A DNA stretch of 64,000 nt from an uncultured Rhodobacteraceae bacterium (GTDB taxonomy: Bacteria; Pseudomonadota; Alphaproteobacteria; Rhodobacterales; Rhodobacteraceae), in the NCBI GenBank assembly GCA_913061275.1, contig CAJXSR010000007.1, forward strand, positions 29,410 through 93,409. The letters are read 5' to 3'. Numbering within the stretch: position 1 is the stretch's first letter; the number at the start of each line of letters is the position of its first letter. The notes under the pieces are model-generated. The model was not told the DNA's origin. It did not search any database and saw nothing but the letters and a program-made list of their open reading frames with translations. A program made the position numbers and the translations under genes. Positions 37,886 to 48,336 of the stretch are shown one piece after another.

Positions 37886-39358
37886 ATGCTAAGCCAAACA
37901 AAACCCTTTCTCGCCCATCCGTTTGATGATGATAAAATGAAAGAAGAATGTGGGATTTACGGAGTTATAGGCGTACCCGAAGCCGCCAACTTTGTCGCCC
38001 TTGGATTGCACGCTTTGCAACATCGCGGCCAAGAAGCAGGCGGCATCGTTTCTTATGACAAAGACGCAGGTTTTAACAATGTTCGCCGTTTTGGCTATGT
38101 GCGCGATAACTTCACTAAAGAATCGCTGATGAAGACCTTGCCGGGCGAAGTTTCTATTGGTCATGTGCGCTATTCTACGTCTGGAAACAAAGGCCAAACC
38201 GCTGCACGCGATGTGCAACCATTCTTTGGTGAGTTTTCCATGGGTGGGGCCGCTATTGCGCATAATGGCAACCTGACAAATGCCGAAGAAATGCGCAAAG
38301 AACTAATCAGTCGCGGATCGATTTTTCAATCTTCATCAGACAGTGAATGTATCATTCACCTGATGGCCCGCTCGATGCAGCCCAATATCCCCGAACGATT
38401 AAAAGATGCAGCGCGCCGAGTTGAAGGCGCGTTTTCCATTGTGGCGATGACCCGATCTAAATTGATCGGTGTACGCGATGCTTTGGGTGTACGACCCTTG
38501 GTTTTAGGCCAACTTGGCGATGGTTGGGTATTAAGTTCTGAAACTTGTGCATTAGACATTATTGGTGCCCAATTCATCCGCGAGATAGAACCGGGTGAAA
38601 TGGTTGTAATTACCAAAAACGGGGTTGAAAGCTCCTTTCCGTTTGAGCCTGCAAAACCGCGCCCATGTATTTTTGAACGGGTCTATTTTTCACGCCCCGA
38701 CAGTATACTGGATGGCCAATCAGTTTATGAAACCCGTCGCCGTATTGGTGTGGAACTGGCAAAAGAGGCCCCTATTGAGGCCGATATGGTTTGCCCTGTA
38801 CCAGACAGTGGCACGCCTGCCGCGATTGGCTATGCGCAAGAAAGCGGTATTCCTTATGCAATGGGGATTATTCGTAATTCCTATATGGGCCGCACGTTTA
38901 TTGAGCCGACCGAGCAAATTCGCAACATGGGTGTGTTGCTGAAGTTGAACGTGAACCGCGCCTTAATCGAAGGCAAACGGATCATTTTGGTGGATGACAG
39001 TGTTGTACGTGGCACCACAAGCCGCAAAATCAAGGAAATGATATTGGCGGCAGGTGCTGCCGAAGTACATTTCCGCATCGCATCACCCCCAACAGCTTGG
39101 CCGTGTTTTTACGGAGTGGATACCCCCGAACGTGAACAATTATTGGCATCATCCATGAACGAGGATGAAATGTGCGAACATTTAGGCGTTTCCAGTTTGC
39201 GCTTTGTTACGCTAGACGGGCTTTACCGTGCTTGCGGTATTGCTGTAGGCCGTGATAACGCTTGCCCACAATATTGTGACGCTTGTTTTTCAGGCGAATA
39301 CCCTGTGAAACCTGCCGATCAAATTAAGCACGGCTTCAAGTTAAAAGAGTTTGCATAA
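37886..39358 (+). CDS. purF: Amidophosphoribosyltransferase
   Basis: Ntn Cys in EECGIYGV and PRTase motif ILVDDSVVRGTTS. The N-terminal propeptide or start is uncertain. Confidence 0.95.
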   Translation: MLSQTKPFLAHPFDDDKMKEECGIYGVIGVPEAANFVALGLHALQHRGQEAGGIVSYDKDAGFNNVRRFGYVRDNFTKESLMKTLPGEVSIGHVRYSTSGNKGQTAARDVQPFFGEFSMGGAAIAHNGNLTNAEEMRKELISRGSIFQSSSDSECIIHLMARSMQPNIPERLKDAARRVEGAFSIVAMTRSKLIGVRDALGVRPLVLGQLGDGWVLSSETCALDIIGAQFIREIEPGEMVVITKNGVESSFPFEPAKPRPCIFERVYFSRPDSILDGQSVYETRRRIGVELAKEAPIEADMVCPVPDSGTPAAIGYAQESGIPYAMGIIRNSYMGRTFIEPTEQIRNMGVLLKLNVNRALIEGKRIILVDDSVVRGTTSRKIKEMILAAGAAEVHFRIASPPTAWPCFYGVDTPEREQLLASSMNEDEMCEHLGVSSLRFVTLDGLYRACGIAVGRDNACPQYCDACFSGEYPVKPADQIKHGFKLKEFA

Positions 39359-39361
39359 ACT

Positions 39362-40021
39362 ATGGGTGCGTTTCAGGGTCAGACTGCTTTAATCACCGGT
39401 GCATCGCGTGGGTTTGGTTTTTTCGCTGCCAAAGCGTTGGCAGCTGAAGGCGCTGAAATTATTGCCGTTGCGCGCACAAGTGGCGGGTTGGAAGAATTGG
39501 ATGATGCAATTCAATCCGCAGGCAACCAAGCGACCTTGGTACCTTTAGACATAACAGATGACGCAGGCCTGCAACGCCTATGTGTATCTATTCATCAACG
39601 GTGGGGCGGCGTTAACCTATGGTTGCACAGCGCAATACATGCAGCCCCCTTAACCCCCGCAGGTCATGTGGCAGAAAAAGATTTGGATAAATCCATTGCC
39701 ATAAACATCCGTGCCAGCCAACGTCTAATTGCAATGGTTGATCCTTTGTTGAAAGCCAAAAACGGTACGGCAGTGCACCTAGATGATCCAAGGGCTGGCA
39801 AAAAATTCTTTGCCTCATATGGGGCCACTAAAGCGGCACAAAAAGCTTTGTTTGATAGCTGGGCCGCAGAGACTGTATCCACCGGGCCTACTGTTAGATG
39901 CTTCACACCCGAACAAATGCCAACCTCTACGCGTGCGCGTTTTTATCCAGGTCAAAACCCAGATGAATTAAGTTCACCGGCGGTAGAAGCGACAAAATTC
40001 ATCGACTGGCTTCAAACCTAA
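39362..40021 (+). CDS. Short-chain dehydrogenase/reductase family protein
   Basis: TGASRGFG glycine motif and YGATKAA active-site motif. Confidence 0.85.
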   Translation: MGAFQGQTALITGASRGFGFFAAKALAAEGAEIIAVARTSGGLEELDDAIQSAGNQATLVPLDITDDAGLQRLCVSIHQRWGGVNLWLHSAIHAAPLTPAGHVAEKDLDKSIAINIRASQRLIAMVDPLLKAKNGTAVHLDDPRAGKKFFASYGATKAAQKALFDSWAAETVSTGPTVRCFTPEQMPTSTRARFYPGQNPDELSSPAVEATKFIDWLQT

Positions 40022-41544
40022 AAGATAAAATCATCGACCGTAAAATCAGCAGCGGTTAATGATGACCCGTTATCTGTTTCCACTCTTATTTCTTCTTGAC
40101 CGACAAAAATTGCCGCCCCAAATTCACGCGATTTAATCGATAATGAACTGATATGAGAAGCCGCAGCAATTTGAGATAAATCGATCAAGTCTATTCCTGC
40201 TTCGTAGTCGTGAATAATATCCTTTTTACCATCCTCGACAAATTGAAATACATCTGCCCCTGCCCCGCCATATAAATGATCTTTGCCTTTTCCATCCACA
40301 AGGCGGTCATCCCCATCCCCGCCTTGTAATGTATCGCGCCCCCCCATACCCAATAATACATCATCACCAGCGGTGCCTATTAATGTGTCAGGGGCAGTCC
40401 GACCAAGACGGCTGACGCCAATATCGCCAAGCTCAATTTCAATTTGTGTAAAGCCATTTTCTGCACCACTACTGACAAAAGCGTGCACCTCTGACCCGAA
40501 TTTCACCACTTCTATATCTGTTACATTATTTAAAGTCGTGTCAAAATCATCTGCAAGAACAGATATAACCGATAAAACGCCGCCCGAGTGCAATTCTAAA
40601 AGCGTTATCCCGTCATCAGAGCCTGCGGCAAGAACAAACGCACGGTTATTATAGTTAAAGCTTTCAAGAACACTGACATTTTCAAATCGTGTATCAACAC
40701 TATCAAGCAAATGATCTACTTCAGTTAACCCACCATTTTTGGCAATGCTATAGGTCGTAATACTGTCAGTACCAGCAGACCCCATAAGCACATAGTTTTG
40801 GCCATCAACCGCAACGGTTTCCAATGCTTGGGGCAAATTAAACCCAGAACCATCACTGGGGGCAACCGTATCTTTTAAATGTAAGTTTCCATGCCGCCCC
40901 ACCCGAAAGCTATTTAACCCCGCATCAAATGCAGAGGCTGCAAACAAAAAGTGCTTTCCAGCAATATCAACTGTCGCAAATGCGGATATATCATCCACAT
41001 AATCAAACACATTGTTTTCATAACTATTTTTGGTGTTCAAAGTGTCGTCTGGTTTCATCCGGTAACTGGAAATGCCCTGCACACCCCATTCCGAGACAAA
41101 CAAAAAAACTTTGCCGTCAATCGTCAGATTTTGCGAAACATGAAAGCGGTCTATATCAGTGCCGTTTGCGCTTTGCTGTACCGCATTTGAAAAACTTCCA
41201 GCGTTATCAATGTGATATATCGCAACATCATCATCCAACCGCCCCATAAGAAGCAATGTTACTTCGCCCCCAACCGTAGTGACAGTGGTTTGTGTAACTG
41301 CAAAAGTGCCTGATAAAGCACTGAATTCTAGTGTATCACGCAAAGCAGGGGCGGAATTTCGTGAAATCTGAAAACTGGTAACAGCGCTATCCGCCTCGGT
41401 TGCGACAAACAGAAAATCATCGCCCGAAATGCGCGCATACTCTAGATCTGACACGCCCTGAAGTTTCAGATTATTGGTATCTTCAACTGTTGCAATAACT
41501 GTAAAATTAGCCACCTGCATCATCCCTTTCCCATACGCATGCAT
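40018..41544 (-). CDS. Repeat-rich (beta-propeller-like) protein with C-terminal RTX calcium-binding nonapeptides
   Basis: Recurrent ~45-aa units (..FLFVA...D..V.S/Y.I..) then GTAGDDVLLGMGGRDTLQGGDGDDRLVDGKGKDHLYGGAGADVF. No N-terminal signal peptide, so a type I secretion substrate is plausible. Confidence 0.75.
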   Translation of the reverse strand: MHAYGKGMMQVANFTVIATVEDTNNLKLQGVSDLEYARISGDDFLFVATEADSAVTSFQISRNSAPALRDTLEFSALSGTFAVTQTTVTTVGGEVTLLLMGRLDDDVAIYHIDNAGSFSNAVQQSANGTDIDRFHVSQNLTIDGKVFLFVSEWGVQGISSYRMKPDDTLNTKNSYENNVFDYVDDISAFATVDIAGKHFLFAASAFDAGLNSFRVGRHGNLHLKDTVAPSDGSGFNLPQALETVAVDGQNYVLMGSAGTDSITTYSIAKNGGLTEVDHLLDSVDTRFENVSVLESFNYNNRAFVLAAGSDDGITLLELHSGGVLSVISVLADDFDTTLNNVTDIEVVKFGSEVHAFVSSGAENGFTQIEIELGDIGVSRLGRTAPDTLIGTAGDDVLLGMGGRDTLQGGDGDDRLVDGKGKDHLYGGAGADVFQFVEDGKKDIIHDYEAGIDLIDLSQIAAASHISSLSIKSREFGAAIFVGQEEIRVETDNGSSLTAADFTVDDFIF

Positions 41545-41593
41545 GAGATATAGGACGGATATTAATGGGGCGTTATATTAACCAAGAACCAAC

Positions 41594-42691
41594 TTAGGTA
41601 TTATGTAGAAAATGCAATACATCCCCGTCTTGCACGATATATGTCTTGCCTTCCGCACGCATCTTCCCTGCGGTTTTACTGCCTTGCTCACCGTCATTTT
41701 CAACGTAATCAGCGTAAGCGATGGTTTCAGCACGAATAAAACCACGTTCAAAATCACCATGAATAACACCAGCTGCTTTGGGTGCTGATGTACCTTTGGA
41801 AATAGTCCAAGCACGCGCTTCCATTGGGCCAACGGTAAAGTATGTTTGCAACTCCAATAGTTCATAACCTGCGCGGATCAAACGGTTAAGACCTGCTTCT
41901 TCCAAGCCCAGTTCTTCTAAAAACATCTGAGCTTCTTCATCTTCCAGCTGGCTAATCTCTTCTTCAATCGCCGCCGAGATAATCACGCTTGCCGCCCCTT
42001 GGGCAGCGGCCATTTCAGCCACACGTGCCGAATGGGCATTGCCCGCACCTGCATTTTCTTCTTCGACGTTACAAACATAAACGATTTTCTTTGATGTCAG
42101 CAGACCCAGCATTTTCCAGATCTTTTCTTCGTCTTCCGCAATTTCAACCGTGCGCGCAGGTTGCCCCGTTTCAATCACCGCTTTCGCGCGTTCCAGCAGA
42201 TCATTTTGCATCACCGCTTCTTTATCTGCACCCTTAAGCTTGCGCGCCAAACCCGACATGCGTTTTTCGATATTTTCAAGATCGGCAAACATCAATTCGG
42301 TTTCGATAATATCCGCATCCGCTACAGGATCAACGCGACCGTCCACGTGTGTTACATCATCGTCTTCAAAGCACCGCAGCACGTGGGCTATGGCGTCACA
42401 CTCGCGGATGGTGGCCAGAAACTTGTTACCCAGCCCCTCACCTTTCGACGCACCTTTAACAAGGCCCGCAATATCGACAAACGTCATACGCGTTGGAATG
42501 ATTTTGCCAGAACTGGCAATTTTTGCCAAAACATCTAGGCGCGCGTCAGGTACAGACACCTCACCCACATTGGGTTCAATGGTACAAAATGGAAAGTTAG
42601 CCGCTTGGGCTGCCGCTGTTTTGGTCAGCGCGTTAAACAATGTGGATTTCCCCACGTTCGGTAAACCGACAATACCCGTTTTAAAACCCAT
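41594..42691 (-). CDS. ychF: Redox-regulated ATPase YchF
   Basis: GIVGLPNVGKSTLFNALT P-loop and a TGS C-terminus. Confidence 0.96.
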   Translation of the reverse strand: MGFKTGIVGLPNVGKSTLFNALTKTAAAQAANFPFCTIEPNVGEVSVPDARLDVLAKIASSGKIIPTRMTFVDIAGLVKGASKGEGLGNKFLATIRECDAIAHVLRCFEDDDVTHVDGRVDPVADADIIETELMFADLENIEKRMSGLARKLKGADKEAVMQNDLLERAKAVIETGQPARTVEIAEDEEKIWKMLGLLTSKKIVYVCNVEEENAGAGNAHSARVAEMAAAQGAASVIISAAIEEEISQLEDEEAQMFLEELGLEEAGLNRLIRAGYELLELQTYFTVGPMEARAWTISKGTSAPKAAGVIHGDFERGFIRAETIAYADYVENDGEQGSKTAGKMRAEGKTYIVQDGDVLHFLHNT

Positions 42692-42763
42692 GATGCACCT
42701 TGATGACTGTTGTTAAACTCGCCTGCATCTACGAAAAATGCAGGCGAAGAGCAACGCTAATTA

Positions 42764-43594
42764 TCAGTCAGTAATCAAACGGGTTTCACCTGCAACCTGA
42801 ATAGGCTGCCCCACACCTGTTTTTGGGGTCACTTTCAGCCGCGAAGCCAAACCCATATCCGCCCCTTGATAGATTGTGAAGGGTTGATCTACACCCTTGG
42901 CATCACGCATATATCCTGCCAGTGCCGCGGCCGCCGCACCTGTTGCAGGGTCTTCATATACGCCATGTCCTGCAAAAGGGTTGCGACTATGGATTACAGT
43001 CACACTTTCTTGCCAAACAAGATTAATTGTAACCAGCGCAAACGCCTGCATCAAAGCGGCACCTGTATCAAAATCATACTCCATAGCCTGCAATAACTTA
43101 TGATGCTTCAAGGGGATCAACAAATGTCGTGCACCGCCATTGATTACGGTTATATCCAGATCGCCTGCTAAATCACTTTCGGCCCAGCCAAATAATGCCA
43201 ACGCCTGTTCACGCAACTTGTCATCTGGGGCTTCGAACTTTGTATTTGGCGATGTCAGCTTAGCTGACCAGTTGCCGTTTTCTTCAAACGCATCAACCGA
43301 GATTTTTGCATCATTCAACTGAAGCTGATATGTTCCAGCCCCTTTTGCAGCACCCAAAGCTGCACCCAATGCAATGGTAGCATGGCCGCAAAATGCGACC
43401 TCAGCCTTTGGTGCAAAATACCGAACTCGAAAACCACTTTCCACGGGTGCTGCAAAGACGGTTTCTGAATACCCAACATCAGCAGCAACAGCCTGCATAT
43501 CTTCGACTTCCGGCAATATATCAGACAATACCACTCCTGCCGGATTGCCACCCGCACCGTTTAGTGAAAACGCTGCGATTTTTTGAATATCCAT
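42764..43594 (-). CDS. PhzF-family isomerase
   Basis: AFSLNGAGGNPAGVV...ETVF...FCGHATIA motifs. The track ORF starts at 43636; ATG 43594 is preferred. Confidence 0.85.
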   Translation of the reverse strand: MDIQKIAAFSLNGAGGNPAGVVLSDILPEVEDMQAVAADVGYSETVFAAPVESGFRVRYFAPKAEVAFCGHATIALGAALGAAKGAGTYQLQLNDAKISVDAFEENGNWSAKLTSPNTKFEAPDDKLREQALALFGWAESDLAGDLDITVINGGARHLLIPLKHHKLLQAMEYDFDTGAALMQAFALVTINLVWQESVTVIHSRNPFAGHGVYEDPATGAAAAALAGYMRDAKGVDQPFTIYQGADMGLASRLKVTPKTGVGQPIQVAGETRLITD

Positions 43595-43767
43595 TTTATT
43601 TTCCTCTTTTGATTTATTTTCATTTAAATCACACAATACGAAACAACAAATGATGGTTTGTTAATTAAGTATCACATATATTAATGAATTGAAAAGAATC
43701 TCGTCTACCCCATTGAACTTTTTGCAAAGCACGGGCAAACCACACTAAGCAATATAAGGGGCCTAGC

Positions 43768-44559
43768 ATGACACGGATCGACGACAAATTTGCAGAACTG
43801 AAAGCGGCGAATAAATCGGCTTTCGTATCTTACATCATGGCAGGTGATCCGAACTATGACACATCGCTTGCAGTGATGAAGGGTCTGCCCGCCGCAGGTG
43901 TAGACATCATCGAAATGGGCCTGCCCTTTACTGATCCGATGGCCGACGGGCCAACCATTCAACTGGCCGCAGGACGCGCGCTGGATGCGGGCATGACGCT
44001 GAAAAAAACCCTTGGCATGGCCGCCGAGTTTCGCAAGACCGATAACACCACCCCGATTGTGCTGATGGGCTATTACAACCCGATCTATTCAATGGGTGTG
44101 GACACGTTCATCGCAAACGCGGTTGCTTCTGGCATCGACGGGCTAATCATCGTTGATCTACCCCCCGAAGAGGATGACGAACTGTGCATCCCCGCCAATG
44201 CCGCAGGCATGAACTTTATCCGTCTTGCAACCCCCACAACCGATGACCGCCGCCTACCCAAAGTGCTGCAAAACACTTCAGGCTTTATCTATTATGTCGC
44301 CATTACAGGCATCACGGGTTCTGGTTCTGCTTCAACCGAAGTTGTCGGGGCCGAAGTTGCAAGGATCAAGAAATCCACAGATTTACCGATCTGTGTGGGC
44401 TTTGGCATCAACACACCAGCAGATGCCGAAGGCATGGCGCGCGTGGCAGATGGTGCCGTTGTTGGCTCTGCGATTGTATCAAAGCTAGGTGCTGGTGACA
44501 GTGTCGAGGATATACTGGCGTTTGTCGCTGAATTGGCAGCGGGGGCGCATCGAGCTTAA
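43768..44559 (+). CDS. trpA: Tryptophan synthase alpha chain
   Basis: GDPNYD...[20 protein letters not shown] motif. Confidence 0.95.
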   Translation: MTRIDDKFAELKAANKSAFVSYIMAGDPNYDTSLAVMKGLPAAGVDIIEMGLPFTDPMADGPTIQLAAGRALDAGMTLKKTLGMAAEFRKTDNTTPIVLMGYYNPIYSMGVDTFIANAVASGIDGLIIVDLPPEEDDELCIPANAAGMNFIRLATPTTDDRRLPKVLQNTSGFIYYVAITGITGSGSASTEVVGAEVARIKKSTDLPICVGFGINTPADAEGMARVADGAVVGSAIVSKLGAGDSVEDILAFVAELAAGAHRA

Positions 44560-44680
44560 ATAAATATGCCTAAAAAGCGACATTTTGGATCACTGACCTT
44601 ACCAATTTTCGCATTTTCCATATTGCCATGCACACCACCCCCTTTGTAAAACAAGCTAACTGCTTACGAAGGACACGCCC

Positions 44681-45853
44681 ATGCCCATCATCACCAATAT
44701 CGACGATCTGAAAACCATCTACAAACGGCGCACACCGAAGATGTTTTATGAATATGCCGAAACTGGGTCTTGGACGCAGCAAACCTTCCACGATAACGTG
44801 AATGATTTCGCCAAAATCCGCCTGCGCCAGCGGGTAGCGGTGGATATGACTAATCGTTCGACTGCAGCACAAATGATCGGGCAGGATGTGTCTATGCCAG
44901 TGGCCCTAGCCCCTATCGGGATGTGCGGTATGCAAAGTGCAGATGGTGAGATTAAGGCGGCAAAAGCGGCCGAGGCGTTTGGCGTACCGTTTACACTTTC
45001 CACCATGTCGATCTGCTCTATCGAAGAGGTCGCGGCCCACACCACAAAGCCGTTTTGGATGCAAATTTACGCCCTGCGGGATGACGATTTCAACCAACGT
45101 TTGTTGGATCGCGCACGCGCGGCGGGCTGTTCGGCACTGGTGATCACGGCTGATTTGCAAATACTGGGCCAACGCCACCGTGACCTGAAAAACGGCCTTT
45201 CCGCCCCGCCCAAATTAACCCCGCAATCGATTGCGAACATGATGACCAAAGTGCATTGGGGGCTTGGCATGTTAGGCACAAAACGCCGTTTCTTCGGCAA
45301 TATTGTGGGGCATGCGAAAGACGTAAAAGACCCATCATCACTGTTATCATGGACAGCCGAACAGTTCGACCCTTCATTGGATTGGAAGAAAATCGAAAAG
45401 CTGATGAAAATGTGGGGCGGCAAGGTCATCATCAAGGGCATATTGGATATAGAAGACGCCAAATGTGCCGTCAAAACTGGGGCCGATGCAATCATTGTGT
45501 CTAATCATGGCGGCCGCCAACAAGACGGTGCCATATCATCTATTCGTATGCTCAGTGATATTCTGGATGCTGTAGGCGATAAAATCGAAGTGCATATGGA
45601 TGGCGGTATCAGATCAGGTCAAGATGTATTGAAAGCCACCGCATTGGGGGCAAAAGGCACTTATATCGGACGTCCCTATTTGTACGGTCTGGGTGCGATG
45701 GGGCAACAGGGTGTAACAAAAGCTTTGGAAATCATTCACAAAGAATTGGATACATCGATGGCTTTATGCGGCCACCGCGAATTAAATAATGTCAGCGGCA
45801 AAGATTTGCTAATCCCCAAAGGATTTAGAGCATCTGAGGAATACACCAGCTAA
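44681..45853 (+). CDS. FMN-dependent alpha-hydroxy acid dehydrogenase (L-lactate dehydrogenase LldD-like)
   Basis: VSNHGGRQQDG and HMDGGIRSGQDVLKA motifs. Confidence 0.88.
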   Translation: MPIITNIDDLKTIYKRRTPKMFYEYAETGSWTQQTFHDNVNDFAKIRLRQRVAVDMTNRSTAAQMIGQDVSMPVALAPIGMCGMQSADGEIKAAKAAEAFGVPFTLSTMSICSIEEVAAHTTKPFWMQIYALRDDDFNQRLLDRARAAGCSALVITADLQILGQRHRDLKNGLSAPPKLTPQSIANMMTKVHWGLGMLGTKRRFFGNIVGHAKDVKDPSSLLSWTAEQFDPSLDWKKIEKLMKMWGGKVIIKGILDIEDAKCAVKTGADAIIVSNHGGRQQDGAISSIRMLSDILDAVGDKIEVHMDGGIRSGQDVLKATALGAKGTYIGRPYLYGLGAMGQQGVTKALEIIHKELDTSMALCGHRELNNVSGKDLLIPKGFRASEEYTS

Positions 45854-46187
45854 AACCGAATATACTGGCGTAGCATTATTGACAGAATCGAAACAATCAC
45901 CGTAAATTCACCTCATTATTAACTTTCTTTGGGGGAAGGTTTATGAGTACTGCCATTGGCCACATTGTGTCCGTCACATCTAATTCTTATTACCGTGTCT
46001 TAGAAAGATATTACGGTATTTTGGAAAACTGTGTTGATTTGATCTTTGGGAAAGACCCAAAATAGCATAACTGGCCCAGTTAAACACTTTTGCTCTTTTC
46101 ATTTTATGCTTTCGCGGGTATTACGCGCGAACACGCGGCACTGCACCCTTGGAGGAGGCCGCATTTTTTAATTTTAGGAGAATTCAA

Positions 46188-46847
46188 ATGGCTGGAAAGA
46201 TACCAGATTTCAATGCCACAGCACGCGCGGGGACAGGCAAGGGGGCCGCTCGCCAAGCTCGTCGTGACGGGCTAGTCCCAGGTGTTGTATATGGTGGGGA
46301 AAAAGACCCACAAGCAATTAACGTCGAATTTAAGGTTTTGTTAAAAGCCCTTAAAGCTGGCCGTTTCATGTCGACACTTTTCAACCTGAAAGTTGAAGGT
46401 CAAGATGATGTGCGTGTGATTTGCCGTGGCGTTCAGCGTCATGTTGTTAAAGATCTACCAACACACATCGATCTTTTGCGTTTGCACCGCAACACGCGGA
46501 TTAACTTGTTTATTCCTGTTGAGTTTATCAACGAAGAAACATCTGTTGGCCTGAAAAAAGGCGGCACGATTACTGCTGTGCGTAACGAAGTTGAATTGAA
46601 AGTGACTGCGGACAACATTCCTGAAAGCATCATTGTTGACTTGGCTGATCTGGATATTGGTGACATCGTGCACATTTCCGACATTGACCTGCCAAAAGGT
46701 TCTCGTCCGATGATCACAGACCGTGATTTCGTGATTGCCAACATCACTGAGCCATCCGCGCTGAAATCTGGCGATGATGAAGACGAAGATGATGTAGTAG
46801 AAACAGATGAAGCTTCAGAGGGTGACGAAACACCAGCCGAAGAATAA
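46188..46847 (+). CDS. rplY: 50S ribosomal protein L25 / Ctc
   Basis: [26 protein letters not shown] and an acidic C-terminal tail. SD is AGGAG. The track ORF starts at 46149. Confidence 0.93.
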   Translation: MAGKIPDFNATARAGTGKGAARQARRDGLVPGVVYGGEKDPQAINVEFKVLLKALKAGRFMSTLFNLKVEGQDDVRVICRGVQRHVVKDLPTHIDLLRLHRNTRINLFIPVEFINEETSVGLKKGGTITAVRNEVELKVTADNIPESIIVDLADLDIGDIVHISDIDLPKGSRPMITDRDFVIANITEPSALKSGDDEDEDDVVETDEASEGDETPAEE

Positions 46848-46870
46848 ACGTTTCAATAAGAACAATTTAA

Positions 46871-46905
46871 AAACGCCTGTGGCTCACGCTATGGGCGTTT
46901 TTTTT
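46871..46905 (+). terminator. Rho-independent terminator of rplY
   Basis: AAACGCC-loop-GGCGTTT followed by a T run. It overlaps the 3' end of the convergent FkbM gene. Confidence 0.6.
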
Positions 46906-47615
46906 CGTCCAAAACACACGTCCGCACCGCGTGACCCCCGTGGTAAATATGAAAACTGCATTTGCGATAAGCGATCGAACAAAGCTTTAATCATATCTTG
47001 CGCATATAGGTTTGGATGTAATTCCAGTATAATTAACCAAACATGATCTGGTATTGCAGCCTGAAATATTTCCGTTTCTATGCCCTCGGTATCACAAATA
47101 ATCACTGTCGGTTTGAATTGCGATATAAGCTGTAAAATGGGGCGTGCCGCAACTTTGATTTCACAACTGTTTGGGGCATTACCAGCATTAAGGGAACCAG
47201 CCCAAAACCCTTTTGATTTGAAAAAACTGATCTGTTGAATATCATCATCTGCCACAACGGCACCGTGAAGCACGGTTGCGCCAACCACATCATTAGTAAT
47301 TAAGTTTTCCGAAATTTCAACCACAAGATCATTATTTGCTTCCAAAATTATCAGGTTTTTCCCACCCACAATCTTACCCGCAACAATACCCGTACACCCG
47401 ATGCCGCCGCCCAAATCAAGTACGCGGTCATCGGGGGTAACGTGGATGTTAATTGCATTGCGTTCAGCATTTTCATAATGCCCAGACGCCAATGCCTGTA
47501 TGATTTTTGGCGTCAAGTGCATGGAACGCACAGCGATATTCATGCCACCAAAGGTGAACGATTGCTTCATGCCTGCCTCTAATTTATGTTCGTTTGTTGA
47601 AATTACCTTTGACAC
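46884..47615 (-). CDS. FkbM-family SAM-dependent methyltransferase
   Basis: VLDLGGGIGCTG SAM motif and FkbM-like C-terminal half. One 60-nt row (47041-47100) counted by hand gives 40% G+C. Confidence 0.75.
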   Translation of the reverse strand: MSKVISTNEHKLEAGMKQSFTFGGMNIAVRSMHLTPKIIQALASGHYENAERNAINIHVTPDDRVLDLGGGIGCTGIVAGKIVGGKNLIILEANNDLVVEISENLITNDVVGATVLHGAVVADDDIQQISFFKSKGFWAGSLNAGNAPNSCEIKVAARPILQLISQFKPTVIICDTEGIETEIFQAAIPDHVWLIILELHPNLYAQDMIKALFDRLSQMQFSYLPRGSRGADVCFGRKKTPIA

Positions 47616-47658
47616 ACAATAAAGAACATAGTGTTACCCAACTGCGAGATGATTAAAA

Positions 47659-48336
47659 ATGAAGCTATTTATTGGCCTTGGCAATCCTGGTGCAAAATAT
47701 GCAATGAACCGTCATAATATTGGCTTTATGGCATTGGATGAAATTGCCGCCACACACAACTTCGCCCCTTGGCGCAAGAAATTTCAAGGGCAAGTGGCAG
47801 AAGGTGTTCTAGATGGCGAAAAGGTAATTTTACTAAAACCCGAAACATTCATGAACCTAAGCGGTCAATCCGCAGGCGAAGCTGTGCGGTTTTATAAAAT
47901 AGCCATAAACGATGTCACCGTGTTTCACGACGAATTAGATCTGGTACCAGGTAAATGCCGCGTTAAACAGGGTGGTGGGCATGCAGGGCATAATGGCCTG
48001 CGATCAATCCACCAACACCTGTCACCCGACTATCAACGTGTGCGTTTAGGCATTGGGCATCCAGGGCGCAAAGAACTTGTCGCGGGCTACGTTCTACATG
48101 ACTTTCCAAAATCAGATTTGGGTTGGTTGGATGATCTTTTGCGCGGCATCGGGGATGGTGCCGCACATTTGGCGGCAGGGCATGGTGATAAATTTATGAG
48201 TGCCGTGGCCTTGCGCACAGTGCCAGAACGTAAAAGTAAACCAGAGGCGCAAAAGCCGAAAACAATTAAACCCGCAGAATCCGTTGTTAAAGATACCCGT
48301 AATGCTTTGCAAAAACTGGCCGATAAATTTAAATGA
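47659..48336 (+). CDS. pth: Peptidyl-tRNA hydrolase
   Basis: [23 protein letters not shown] and HDELDL motifs. Confidence 0.96.
   Translation: MKLFIGLGNPGAKYAMNRHNIGFMALDEIAATHNFAPWRKKFQGQVAEGVLDGEKVILLKPETFMNLSGQSAGEAVRFYKIAINDVTVFHDELDLVPGKCRVKQGGGHAGHNGLRSIHQHLSPDYQRVRLGIGHPGRKELVAGYVLHDFPKSDLGWLDDLLRGIGDGAAHLAAGHGDKFMSAVALRTVPERKSKPEAQKPKTIKPAESVVKDTRNALQKLADKFK

Noticed and set aside
42150-42716. 188-aa plus-strand ORF antisense to ychF (and the 125-aa ORF at 42161-42538)
   Set aside because: Shadow ORFs within a highly conserved gene, with an Ser/Arg/Ala-rich composition typical of antisense frames.
46135-46169. Hairpin + T6 upstream of rplY as a ribosomal-protein leader/attenuator
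   Set aside because: The stem is only 5 bp (GCGGC/GCCGC) with a 19-nt loop, too weak to call. It may simply terminate the upstream transcript.
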